A stretch of DNA of 64,000 nt from Ministeria vibrans ATCC 50519. Lineage: Eukaryota; Protista; Filasterea. Under the pieces are notes generated by a model. That model was not told where the DNA came from. It saw nothing but the letters and a program-made list of their open reading frames with translations, and searched no databases. The DNA is taken from the NCBI GenBank assembly GCA_943704425.1, contig CALSCP010001679.1:35813-99812 (forward strand), in the 5' to 3' direction. Shown here in pieces: positions 38,248-50,925 of the stretch (position 1 is its first letter; each line of letters opens with the position of its first letter). Made by a program: the position numbers and the translations under genes.

Positions 38248-39629
38248 TTAGCGCTTAAGGACGCATTTAAGGTATGCGAGTGTCTTGACAGCGTCGAGGT
38301 GGACGTAATCGCCGAGCTCGAGACGGGCGTCGCTTCCGTGCTTTTGCATATCGAGAAGATCGTCGAGACAGAACTCGTGAGTAATGATAGCGCACTCGCG
38401 ACCTGAACGGAGGCGCAACAAACGAGGTGTGAGAAATATTAACTTGGTGCGTTGAGTGTTTACCGCGGTAGTGCAGTGAGGCAATGTAGCTACTGGCAGC
38501 CGGAGACGAAAAGATAAGATAGACTCCATTGCGACTGTGCATAAGAGAGTGAGTGTAAGGCAGAAGAGACAGATAGGTGTATTAATAATATTATGTTTAT
38601 GTTACCGAGCTTCTGGAATTCGATGACACACAATCATATTTTCCTTCTCGAGTGCCGGATAGTACACTTTGCCTGAGGTGATGACGGTGCTTGTGGACGA
38701 CACTTGTCGCCACAGTCCTCCAATGCGCTTCAGAAGAGAGGCACTAAAAAAAGAATAAAAAATAAAAAAAGAATCAATCTTTACTCGCGAGCGAAGAGTA
38801 TATTGTGTGTACCGAGCGGGACCAACACTCTGTCTGACGTTGTCAAGATACTGCTGATAAACATCGAGTTGAGTCTTGAGGGTCGCGTTGCTCTCGACGA
38901 TGACACTGTGCACTTTCGTCAGTTGTGACAGTTCTTCGTTCACAGACGCAATGTTGGTTCCAAGTGAAGCAAACCGCTACAAATAGGAGGCAGGGAGGGA
39001 GAAACAAAGTGATAGTGAGAGAGAGAAGGAAGAAAGAAACCAAAAAAGTGATAGTGAGAGATAAACAATGTGTGTGTGTGAGAGAGAGAGAGAGAGTGAG
39101 TGACAAGTGACATACCGTCAAGACAAGGTCAAAGATGACTCTCCGTCCGCCCTCCACCAGTGCACCTGTGCCCTCCAGCTCCTGTAAAATCTCCCGCACG
39201 CGATGCGCATCCGCAGACGCACCCAGTGTCTCATTACTTGCAATGTCAAGCAGTTCTTCCAGCGTCGAGGGAATTTGGTCAATCTGCGTAAAATTTTAAT
39301 ATTAGAAATTGTCGGTTTCTTTCTTTAAGCCTCTCTCTCTATCACTTAGTTTCTCTCTATCACTTTGTTTCTCTCTATCACTTTGTTTATCACTTTGTTT
39401 CTCTCTCTCTCTATCACTTTGTTTCTCTCTCTATCACTTTGTTTCTCTCTCTCTATCACTTTGTTTCTCTCTCTATCACTTTGTTTCTCTCTCTCTATCA
39501 CTTTGTTTCTCTCTCTCTATCACTTTGTTTCTCTCTCTCTATCACTTTGTTTCTCTCTCTCTATCACTTTGTTTCTCTCTCTATCATTTTGTTTCTCTCT
39601 CTCTATCACTTTCTCTCTCTCACTCTCAC

Positions 39630-39669
<40 letters not shown>

Positions 39670-41559
39670 AAGGTGAAAAAGATAACCTTTGAGCAGAGTA
39701 GACGGAGAATGCGAAGCGAGAGCGACGCAATATCAACCACGCACACTTCCTCGTATGAAAGTGAGCTGTGCAAATGAAATGAATCCCCCAACTTTCCACC
39801 CACTGCAAAAGAAAATGGGCATGTTTGAGTATGGTACAACTAGCTAGAATGTGATTGCGTGAAATGTTTACTTGGGACTTGGCCGCCGCTCCAGCGGCCA
39901 AGGACGAGCGAGACAACACAGTCTTCGTCACGCGAGACAAGTTCGGGTGCGGGTCCCATTTGCACGACCAAATCGTGAAATGGATCGTTTCCTTCAATCT
40001 ATATCACAATGCATGTAAGTGTGTGTAAAAGTGAGAGTAGGTGTGAGTCAATTGTAGAGTGAGTGAGAGCAAAAATATAAGAATCAAGAGGCGTATCAGT
40101 GTGGAGGTGAGAAAATTCAATGTGTTTGCTTTTCGAAAGAGATTCAGGTAATGTGTGCAAGCCAGCAAGGGTATGTCTGAGATTCAAATTTGAGTGTGTA
40201 TGAATCTGATGCAAGTGAGAGACACAATGTTTTTTTTTGTTTTTTTTGCTGGGGTATAAACTTACGACTTCATCGCAATGGGTCACAAACATCTCATGGA
40301 GCGAGTAAATCTCGTTGAGCGTAATATGGATAATCTTCTCGCGCCCATATGCCGCATTGTACTTGTCCTTCTCAAGTGCGTCGGAGATGTCGTCTACTTT
40401 GCACAGATCGAGCAAGAAGTGCTCCATGCGACGCTGGTTGTCCTCAGAGAAGAACGCTAGCGCCGCCATATGTGGCACTTTAAGGAAGGCAGAGCGATTT
40501 GCAAGCATTTGGAGTGCCTTGGCAAACTATACAAAAAAAACCGTATTAACATTTCTGTCGCTCTCGTCTCTTTCCCTCTTGCTTGCTCTCTATGTGTCTC
40601 TCTCTCCATGTACCAGAATAAGATTGCGCTTTCCGCGAGGGTTTGAGTTAAGGGAGCTCTGGTCGTCTGGAGTCATTATGGCAGGATTAACATAGCGCAG
40701 AAGAAAAAAACCACCAATGAGAGAGGTCACTTGCTCAGCGGGCGATTCAGGGAAATTTTGCTGCAGAGAGAGACAGACAGACAGAAAAAAAGAGAGAGAG
40801 AGAAACAAAGTGATAGAGAGAGAGAGAAACAAAGTGATAGAGAGAGGAGAGAAAAAAAAAACAAGGTGATACAGAGAGGGAGGAAGAGAAAAAAAAACAA
40901 AAAATAGTGATAGAGAAAGAATATGCGCATGTGAGAAAAACAGGCGAAGAATTGATAGGCTGAATAGACTTACTTCCATGAGAAGTTTGATTTTCTTGCA
41001 GAGGTAACGAATACCAAAAGGAACAGTGTCAAGTGTGGAGATAAGACGGGTAAGGAATTCCTCAAGCATTGCGTTGAAGGTAATGAGACGGGCATCGATG
41101 GTGGTTTGAACCCAGGTGACGTCGGAGAAGGAGGCAGGGCGCCGGGAGGAGGAGGAGGACGGGTGGGAAGTGGCGGCAGAGTCAGAGTGATGGCGGTCGC
41201 TTTGGGGAGGGAAGGACGGGAGTTCGTCGACTAAGGAAATTTGGGAGTGCTGTATGGCGGAAGTGTCAAGGGACGATGAGCGAATGACGTCGTTGCTGAG
41301 GTCATCGTCGGAGGAAGCAACAATAGAGGAGGAAGGAGGAGGAGGGGATATGGAGAGTGGTGTGGCAGCGGTAGTCATCATGGTTGAGTCGGACACACTG
41401 GCGATGCGGGTGCGAGTGGAGTTAGACGCGTTGCTGTGACTACCCACGGCTGGCTGTGACGTGCTGGGGTGCACAGCAAAAGTAGAACCACTAGCTCCAG
41501 GGAGTGTTGCTGCTGCTGCAGCAGCAGCAGCAGCTGTTGTCGTTGTGGTGGTGGTGCTG

Positions 41560-41613
<54 letters not shown>

Positions 41614-43258
41614 TTATTGATGTGCGGTAGACTTGAGCTTTTGAGTCCTTCACGTTTGGACACCTCTTCAGCCACCTGCCAAAATAAAAATGAACATTTC
41701 ATCTCAAATCTTAGTTGTCTGTCCTTCAGGGCACGTACAAACACCGGATCGATTTCAAAGTTAATTTCGGGATCATGAACAATACGCTGAACGGTCTCCT
41801 CAATGAGATCACGGAGGTACTTCTGGCCTGGACCGCGGCGTGTGTAGGTGGCCATCATGCGCGAGACGGCCGTGTTGCCACGCAGCACTGTCTGTGACTC
41901 CCTGGCACGTTCAAACTCCAACTCCAGCGCAAACTAAAAACAACCGACAATAGAGGGGAGGGGGGGGGGGAGATAGAGAATGGGTATAATGAGAGCTTTG
42001 TGTTTTTGAGTGTGGCTTGGGGACAAAAGTCCACTGACCTCAAACATGGAGAGGAGAAGGTGCTCTTCACGCGACACATACTGATTTCCGTAGATGGTAA
42101 ACATGATGATGTGCATGAGTTTGTTGACGTTATCGGGGACGGTGGTGTGTGCCAGTTTGGCCAGGTACATCGGGTTGTTTTGAAGAGCATACAAAAAGTG
42201 TCCGTATTGCTGAAGAGAGTTTGAAGAGAAAGGGACACAATCAAAGAAGCGAAAAAAATAGGCGAGATTTTTTTTTTTTTTTTTTTCCTTTTACCTCTCT
42301 GAGACGTTCGTCGTTGATTTCGCCCTTGCGCCCCGACGCCGAGGCTTCACTCATGTTGTGAGAGTTGTTTGAGATGTCGGCTTCGAGCTATGGAGGAAAG
42401 TGTGAGCTTTAGATCGCACCTTAAGAAAAAAAAATAGGCTAACTCCCAAAATACCACAAAACGTACTTCGGTTGATTTGTGAGTGACAAGCAGCGCAATG
42501 CGCTTGTCGATCAGTCGCAGGTCGTGCAGAAGGGCATAGTTGCGCTTGCTTTCCCAGGATATGTTGTGTTTGAGCTCGGTAAGGCGGTTGTTGGCTGCAC
42601 AAGCGAAGCGAGAGAAGAGACATTAGTGAAAAAAAAAAATCTGGTGGTTGTCACAAAAACAGACGCCGGCAATAATACGGCGCACGCGTGCGGGAAGCGC
42701 CTCAAGCATCAGGCTGTTTATCGCATAGAGGGCAGCGCGTGAGTGTACGCGGGTGTGCAAGATGCAAGTAAACATTCCGTTGTTGATTTGCGCGACAGGC
42801 GTTGGGCATCTGACGCGTCTGCACAGCCCACAGACACAAGGCATGCACAGTGAAAAAGGGCACAGTGAAAAGGCACAGGCGAGAGAGTGCGCTGGTTGTG
42901 CGAGTGCAAACACGCAAAAGGAATGTTGCCCTCTCTGTCAGATGAAAGCGCACAAGGCAGGCGTGCCGGCACAAAACAAGCGTGGCACACTATGCACCAT
43001 GGTGTACCAGTGTGGGCGAGCGCCAGAGAGGGACGGGTAAGGGTTGCTTTTTTTTTTTTTTTCTCGTGTTTGGGATAATTATTCTTCTATTGGAATATGC
43101 AAAAGTCGACAAGAGAGTCGAATGAGCACGGGAGACGGCTGCGTACCTTTGGCCAGCTCATCCTCAAGCGTCTGTCCTGCGCCAGAGGCTGTAGTGAGGT
43201 CGAGAACGGCCAGGAAGTCGGCGAGGTGCTGAATTGTTTGGGCAAGCGCATCCGTCAT
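38248..43258 (-). CDS. Ras GTPase-activating protein (Gap1/Sar1/IQGAP-related, RasGAP plus RasGAP_C), multi-exon
   Basis: LQNNPMYLAKL, FTIYGNQY..REEHLLLSMF, LRGNTAVSRMMATYTRRGPGQKYL, VPFGIRYLCK, LIGGFFLLRYVNPAIMTPD, IHITLNEIYSLH, C-terminal LDDLLDMQ. Confidence 0.9.
39338..39612. repeat. Intronic minisatellite, roughly a dozen copies of CTATCACTTTGTTTCTCT(CT)n
   Basis: Directly visible. Related units occur at ~31900-31950, ~39004-39056, ~40800-40910, ~44520-44680, ~52500 and ~55410-55470. Confidence 0.9.
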
Positions 43259-43721
43259 GACTGAAGCAGACCGGAAGTTGACAGGGCGCTCAGAGAATGG
43301 CCAGCGCAATACGATCACAATCCAGAGCTGTCTAAGTATCTGCAATCAGGTATTCAAGGAAATGACTAACTTTCGCTTATATTTATTTGAGATCTAACAT
43401 CCAACGGGCAGTCACACCACCAAGTAGCAGATTATATGTATTTGAAACACAATAACAGGCAGGTACACCAGTAGCGGATTGTATTTATTTGAGATCTAAC
43501 ATCCAAATGATGCCTTGCGCACCAAACACAATAACAGGCAGGTACACCAGTAGCGGATTGTATTTATTTGAGATCTAACATCCAAATGATGCCTTGCGCA
43601 CCAAACACAATAACAGGCAGGTACACCAGTAGCGGAATATATGTATTTGAGATCTAACATCCAAATGATACCTTGCGCACCAAACACAATAACAGGCAGG
43701 TACACCAGTAGCGGATTGTAT

Positions 43722-45369
<1,648 letters not shown>

Positions 45370-45613
45370 CGCAACTTCAACTTCAGCCTAAGTCAGAGTC
45401 GAGACACACATATGAGATATTATCCTTTTTGTTTTGTATCTGCTGTAGTCCTAGTGTTACCATTGGTTTGAAGTTGTCGCTACTGCGCGCGCGAGACAAA
45501 ATAGAAAATAATAATAAAAGAATTATGATTGATCGATCATTGATGATTGATGAATGATGAGCGATGAGACGATTGGAACATTATGATTCTTCATTAAAAA
45601 TCTTATTAAACGG

Positions 45614-46115
45614 TCAAAGAACCGCTTCAGGAAAGAGATTGCCAGAAGGATAGACAAAGGAGTAGAGAGCTAGACCGGAAAGGAAGCCTGTGAGATGGGC
45701 AGCGACATCAACACTGGCAATGGAGCCCGACTGGGAGAGAAGCGCATCCGCCACAAAATGGTACAGCACAACGTGAGCCGCATTCACTGTGTGACAGTGA
45801 GTAAAAAACAAAATGAGTATGTGGATCGGTGTCTGAGTAAGTATGTGGATCAGTGTGTCTGAGTGAGTGTGGGTGTGTGGATCAGTGTCTGGGTAAGTAT
45901 GTGGATCGGTGTGTGATGGTGTGTGTGTACACGTATGTGCACGTCCCTATCTGTTTGTGACTGTGTGGCGACAAAAAAAAATGAATCATTACCATTGTAT
46001 GTGCCAAAGACAAAGTTGCGCAGTGGATTGGATGCAATTTGGTAGCCCAAGAGCGCATTGATGGCACCACTGGCACCAAGAGCACAGTCGTGCCAGCGCC
46101 CACTAAAACACACAC

Positions 46116-46148
<33 letters not shown>

Positions 46149-46535
46149 AGAACACTCAGTATAATGCATGTGTGTGAGTGAGTTGGGACTCGCATTAACC
46201 TCAATATTCTGGCGACCAATGAACCAAAGGCAGAACAGACTATTCCCATTGTGTAAACATACGCACAAGTGAGAGTCGAATGAGATTGGGCCATTTGAAG
46301 GCCAAGTACAGCCAATGAGACGCAATTCATTATTAGATGCATTAGATCTGCGAAAAGAGGAAAAAAATGTTAAGGTTGAACCGAACTTCGACGAAACTGA
46401 CCGGCGTGACTAAACGCCGCTGTGAAAATGGTGTGAATGCGAAAGAGACGGAAAACGCCAAAGGGTGAGTTGGAGAAGTTGGTTTCAAGAATGCTCCCAA
46501 ACGCAAGCGCATTGCGATTGTGTAGCTACATCACG

Positions 46536-46576
<41 letters not shown>

Positions 46577-47213
46577 AGCTGAGTCGCACTCGTTTTTCTC
46601 TTCTTCTCTCTTACTTGCCAGAGAATTCCAATGACCACGTTAACAATGATCAGATGTTCAATGAGTTGAGAAGGCGTCAGATGGTCAATGTACGAGCGCA
46701 CGGAGAGCACTGGACCTGACTTGGCCAGTGCTCGATAGAGCTAGGACAGAACAGAGTCGCAATCCTAATGCTTAGTGCATCTCCAGTCAGCCACAAAGGT
46801 ACCTTTGGGACGGGCAACCAGTGACCCGCCAGGCCAATAAAGGTGTTCTTTTTAGTGTCTGTCATCTATTAAGGGGAGTGGTCAGAAGAGCCGCTAGCGG
46901 GGCTCGTCGTGGAGCGTACGAGAGAGAAGAGCGCCACGTTCAAAAACCACTTGGGTGGGCCTGCCAAACACAACGCAAGTCAAGGCGCACTCGTTCAAAG
47001 GGCTGGTGGCCAAACCACAGTACCTTGACGCACGGGCAGGCTCAGCACCTCAGCATAGCCGTCGAGGCGTGTCTGCAAAAGACCTTCGTGGAAGTTCTAA
47101 CATAACATATGAGTGAGTCACAACTTTGGTACAAGGAGTGAAACCTTTTCACGCGGCACCGTGAGTGCCAGACAGACGCAAAGGGCGGCTGTGAAAGCGA
47201 CGTATGTCTTCAT
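45614..47213 (-). CDS. Rhomboid-family intramembrane serine protease with N-terminal extension, multi-exon; 5' exons tentative
   Basis: HLIMN, LGASGAI (catalytic Ser), VDVAAHLTGFLSG (catalytic His). Upstream spliceable exons start at MKTYVAFTAALCVCLALTVP. Confidence 0.8.
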
Positions 47214-48087
47214 CACGTAAAAAAAAAAAAAAGTAAAGACTAAAGTCTCTATTGACTGACTGAATCCATGATCTTTTAGTGATCGATCACTGATCACTCA
47301 GTTCTGTACGAATGAAACAAACGTCGTGGGCTCGCATGAGCATTGGGCAATGATCAATGCTAAGTTGGTACTGGGTACCCTGTCAATACTAAGTCTATCT
47401 TATGACTTGTGTTTGTGTTCACACTAAACCATCTACATTTAGTACGCATTATCATAAACTCCCACTGTACACATATAAGGCAGATGAACCTTTTGAAACT
47501 ACACACTAAATTGAACTGAACTGAACTTATCGTGAGAATTCTCAGAGACTTATACTAGTCCTTTCCGTTGTGTATTGATAGTGATGCGCTTAGACAAACA
47601 GGGGATATTATTCTTACATGCAGAGGTCTTCGGAGTGCGTTGTCGCCATGTAGGCGCGCCATTGTGACTCAAAAGTACCCCTCCCTTCTTCAGGCTCCTC
47701 GTTCGCGAAGCAAGCCTATGACAAGAAGATCAATACACAATAAGACCAAAGAGGTTGACGGTATCTGAATGAGTGCTTACTTCGGAAACGGTTGAGGGTT
47801 TTCTCAAGGGCGACGGCGGAGGCGCTTGCGGTGCAAGTCGTTCCATTAGAATGTCGGTCGAATTGACGAGGCATGCAGCTGCACAGCGAATGCGAGACAG
47901 TCAGCAGATCACTCCAAAAGCGCATTCGAGGCGCCAGAGTGGCCCAACGGCGCACCCTGGACACAAAACAACCCCTCCACACAACATCATAACACACACC
48001 ACTAATGTACATGCGTCATCCGACACACCATATATATCGCGTTTCGATAACACCCAAAGTCAACGCCTGAGAGGTCANNNNNNNNNN

Positions 48088-49224
48088 CACAGGCCGAGTA
48101 CAAGGATACTTTCAAGCCTACTCCTCCGCTTCATCAACACCCCCCTTGCGGCGCCTCCGTCTGCGTCTGCCGCTGAGCCGGCGGCCCGCTGGCTGCGCGT
48201 CGGTGCTCTCGTGCGCTTCCTGGTAGGCTTCCTCGCGACGTACGTTGTCTTTGCGCTCGCGACCGCCATGCTCTTCGCCTCGTCCGTTGCCGACGGCGCC
48301 CGTCTCGGCTTTGGCGCCCTCTTCATGGCTGCTGGCTTTCTGGCCTGGTCGGGCCGTCTCGATCCGCTTGCGCTGCCCGTCTTTGCCGATCCGCTGCTCA
48401 TGGGCTTCTCGTATGCCCTCCTCGTCACCGTCAACCCCTGCACCGTGCCCTTCCTGGCCTTTGTCCTCTCCCTCCACACCCACCATGCTCTCCCGGCCCT
48501 CCTGGCCTTTGGCTGTGGCCTCGTCTCGCCCGCCGTTGCCTTTGCGATCATCGGCCGTTCGGCTCTCTCCTTCTTCCGCCGCAACGCACAACTCCTCAAC
48601 CGCCTCAACCGCCTCATGAACATCGTGCTCTTCTGCAGCGGCATCTACGTCGCCGCCGGCACCTGGCTCATCACACCAGCCAACACCGTCGTCAGCGGCG
48701 TCTGTCTCATCGCCTCACTGCGTCTCCTCTTCACGCGCTCCTTCGATCCCGCTCTGCCCACCACTCGCTGGCGCCAACTCGCCCTTGTGCTTGCCTGCAC
48801 CACCACCTCCATCTTCATCACCCTCTGCCCCCTGCCCTTCCTCCACGACCAGTCTCGCCACGCCTTCATCGCCCTCGTCCTCAACACCGACCCTAGCACC
48901 AGCCACTCAGACGACTCCTTAGACACCGACGACGACGACTCATGGCTCGCCACCGTCAACACCACCACCACTGCGACAGACCTCAACGTAACCTCCGACA
49001 CACCTACGCTTACCAGTGACTCAACTCTTCCCTCTCTTCTTCTCCCTTGCGACCCCCAGACGTCACTCAGTCCCACCGGTGGCTGTGCTCCAATCGACTT
49101 ACTCGATCCATGCGATACATGTCAAGTCTGTCTTGCGCTCTATCTGCTTGCCGTCGTCTCCGTTGCGCTCTCGCTTGCAATGCACTTGAGGGCCACTCTC
49201 AAGAAACAAGCATTGCCCACGTAG
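48088..49224 (+). CDS. CcdA/DsbD-like (cytochrome c biogenesis-type) polytopic membrane protein; 5' end lost in the N gap
   Basis: Intron-free, GC-rich, hydrophobic ORF with GFSYALLVTVNPCTVPFLAFVLS...LLAFGCGLVSP...NRLMNIVLFCSGIY, matching the pattern around the second conserved PC of CcdA. C-terminal Cys cluster and a TM helix follow. Confidence 0.55.
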   Translation, partial: HRPSTRILSSLLLRFINTPLAAPPSASAAEPAARWLRVGALVRFLVGFLATYVVFALATAMLFASSVADGARLGFGALFMAAGFLAWSGRLDPLALPVFADPLLMGFSYALLVTVNPCTVPFLAFVLSLHTHHALPALLAFGCGLVSPAVAFAIIGRSALSFFRRNAQLLNRLNRLMNIVLFCSGIYVAAGTWLITPANTVVSGVCLIASLRLLFTRSFDPALPTTRWRQLALVLACTTTSIFITLCPLPFLHDQSRHAFIALVLNTDPSTSHSDDSLDTDDDDSWLATVNTTTTATDLNVTSDTPTLTSDSTLPSLLLPCDPQTSLSPTGGCAPIDLLDPCDTCQVCLALYLLAVVSVALSLAMHLRATLKKQALPT

Positions 49225-49412
49225 AGGAATCATTGCAAGAAAGATCAATATTGTACTTTAGTATTAGTGATGATTTGTATTTGTGCTCTTTTGCACACAC
49301 ACACACATACCTTTTGTTTGGGATTGATAGTAAACTAACTATGACTTTTGTTACATAAAATAACGCAAATGTCTTCATTCTCACACAATACATATCCTGT
49401 TCTCTTTATTAC

Positions 49413-50858
49413 TTACAAATAGGGCAAAAGTGGCTCTCTCGTCTGCACTTTGCGCTCTCTCTTTTTGCGTTCCGTTTCCGTCAGCTCAGCCAATCGTACT
49501 TTGCGCTCCCACAAACTCACTTTCCGGCGCATTTCCGTCACTTCCCCCTTCAATCGCACATACTCAATCACATCGGGCGCTCGATGCGTTTCCCGCATTT
49601 TCCGCTCCCTCTCGTTCACTCGTTCCGCTCTTTCCCGCTCCTTTTCCGCTCGACCTAATTCCGTCTCAATCCGTCCAATCAGATCTTTCCGCTGCTCCAA
49701 CTCACTCTGGGCCCTTTCGCTCGTCCGCAGTGCTTGTTCTAGCTCCTCTTTCAGTCGCCCCAATTCCTGTACACCCAAATTAAGAATATAATATAATAAC
49801 AATATTCATTAATTTTTATTTTTATGATTGGTTCAATTTATTTTGTTGATTGTGTGTGTTTTAAATGTACCTTTTGTGACTTTGACGCAATCACTTTCAA
49901 TCGACTCGTTTCTGCATTTTTCTGCTTCACAATTTCATGTCGTTCATCAATTTCAATGCGCATCCGATCCATATCGACCGCATGAAGAACCTTAAAAAAA
50001 ATTAATCATATTCGACTGTAACATCCATGTCATTTTTTTGTACCTCTCCCTTCTCCTCCTTTTCTTTGATCAATTGAAGCGTGCGCAAAATCTGTCCTCT
50101 CAGTGTTCCATTGCGCAAGCGCAGCTTTTCAATGGTTCCGTCGCGCTGGCGTTGCTTCTCTTCGTGAAAGCGGATGAGTCGCTCGGCCGACACTGCGCCA
50201 CTTTGACTGGTGCCCTCCGCCGCCTTCCGCTCAAGACTACGACGGAAATCAAACTCAAACATGCGCTGATCCAGCGTGGACTGCTCGTGTTCTTCGCACA
50301 CAGACCGAAGAGTCGAAACCTACAAGTGAAATATACAATTATATTATAAGAATGATGATCAATGATGTAATGTTATTACTATCATTTATAATCATAATAC
50401 TAAATGATTCTCTCTCTCCGATCTTCTTTACCTGTCGTTGCATCTGCTCCTTTGCTCTCTTGTGCAGCTTCTGAAGACGTTCAAGTTCCCCATCGGCAAT
50501 GAGAAACTTCTGCTCAAACGTCAGAGTGAGCTCGTCACACTGATCGTCCGAGACTGAATCAACAGTCTCGTGCATGCGCTGCTGTTCCTGCTCTCGCGAC
50601 GCTGTCGACACATTGTCCCACGTTTCGTCGTCGTGCCCGCTTGCTAGATACGACTCAAAAAGTTGATTCTCAAGCTCAATCTCCTGCGAAATATATAAAA
50701 GCGATGGTTGCCAAGGAAACCAATGTGTGTGTGTTTGTTTTTACCTTATTGCGCCTTCGCGCATCCTCTAACATGGCCTCCAATTCACCCGTGGGGTACT
50801 GGTCCAACGTGGCCGTAAGGTCAACGAGTGTTTGCTCAGTTTCTTTGATTGATGTCAT
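49413..50858 (-). CDS. CCDC113: Coiled-coil domain-containing protein 113 (ciliary), multi-exon
   Basis: LTFEQKFLIADGELE, AERLIRFHEEK..RDGTIEKLRLRN..IKEKEEKGEVLHAVD, APDVIEYVRLK..WERKVRLAE. Confidence 0.88.
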
Positions 50859-50925
50859 TGTACAAACAGAAAAAATAATAAAATCCAATCGATTATCAGA
50901 GAAGAAAAATTGTACATTGTAGTGA

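Noticed and set aside
47300-48077. Additional gene or the 5' exons of the CcdA-like gene
   Set aside because: No consistent spliced reading frame or recognisable motif could be built on either strand, and the region ends in an N gap.
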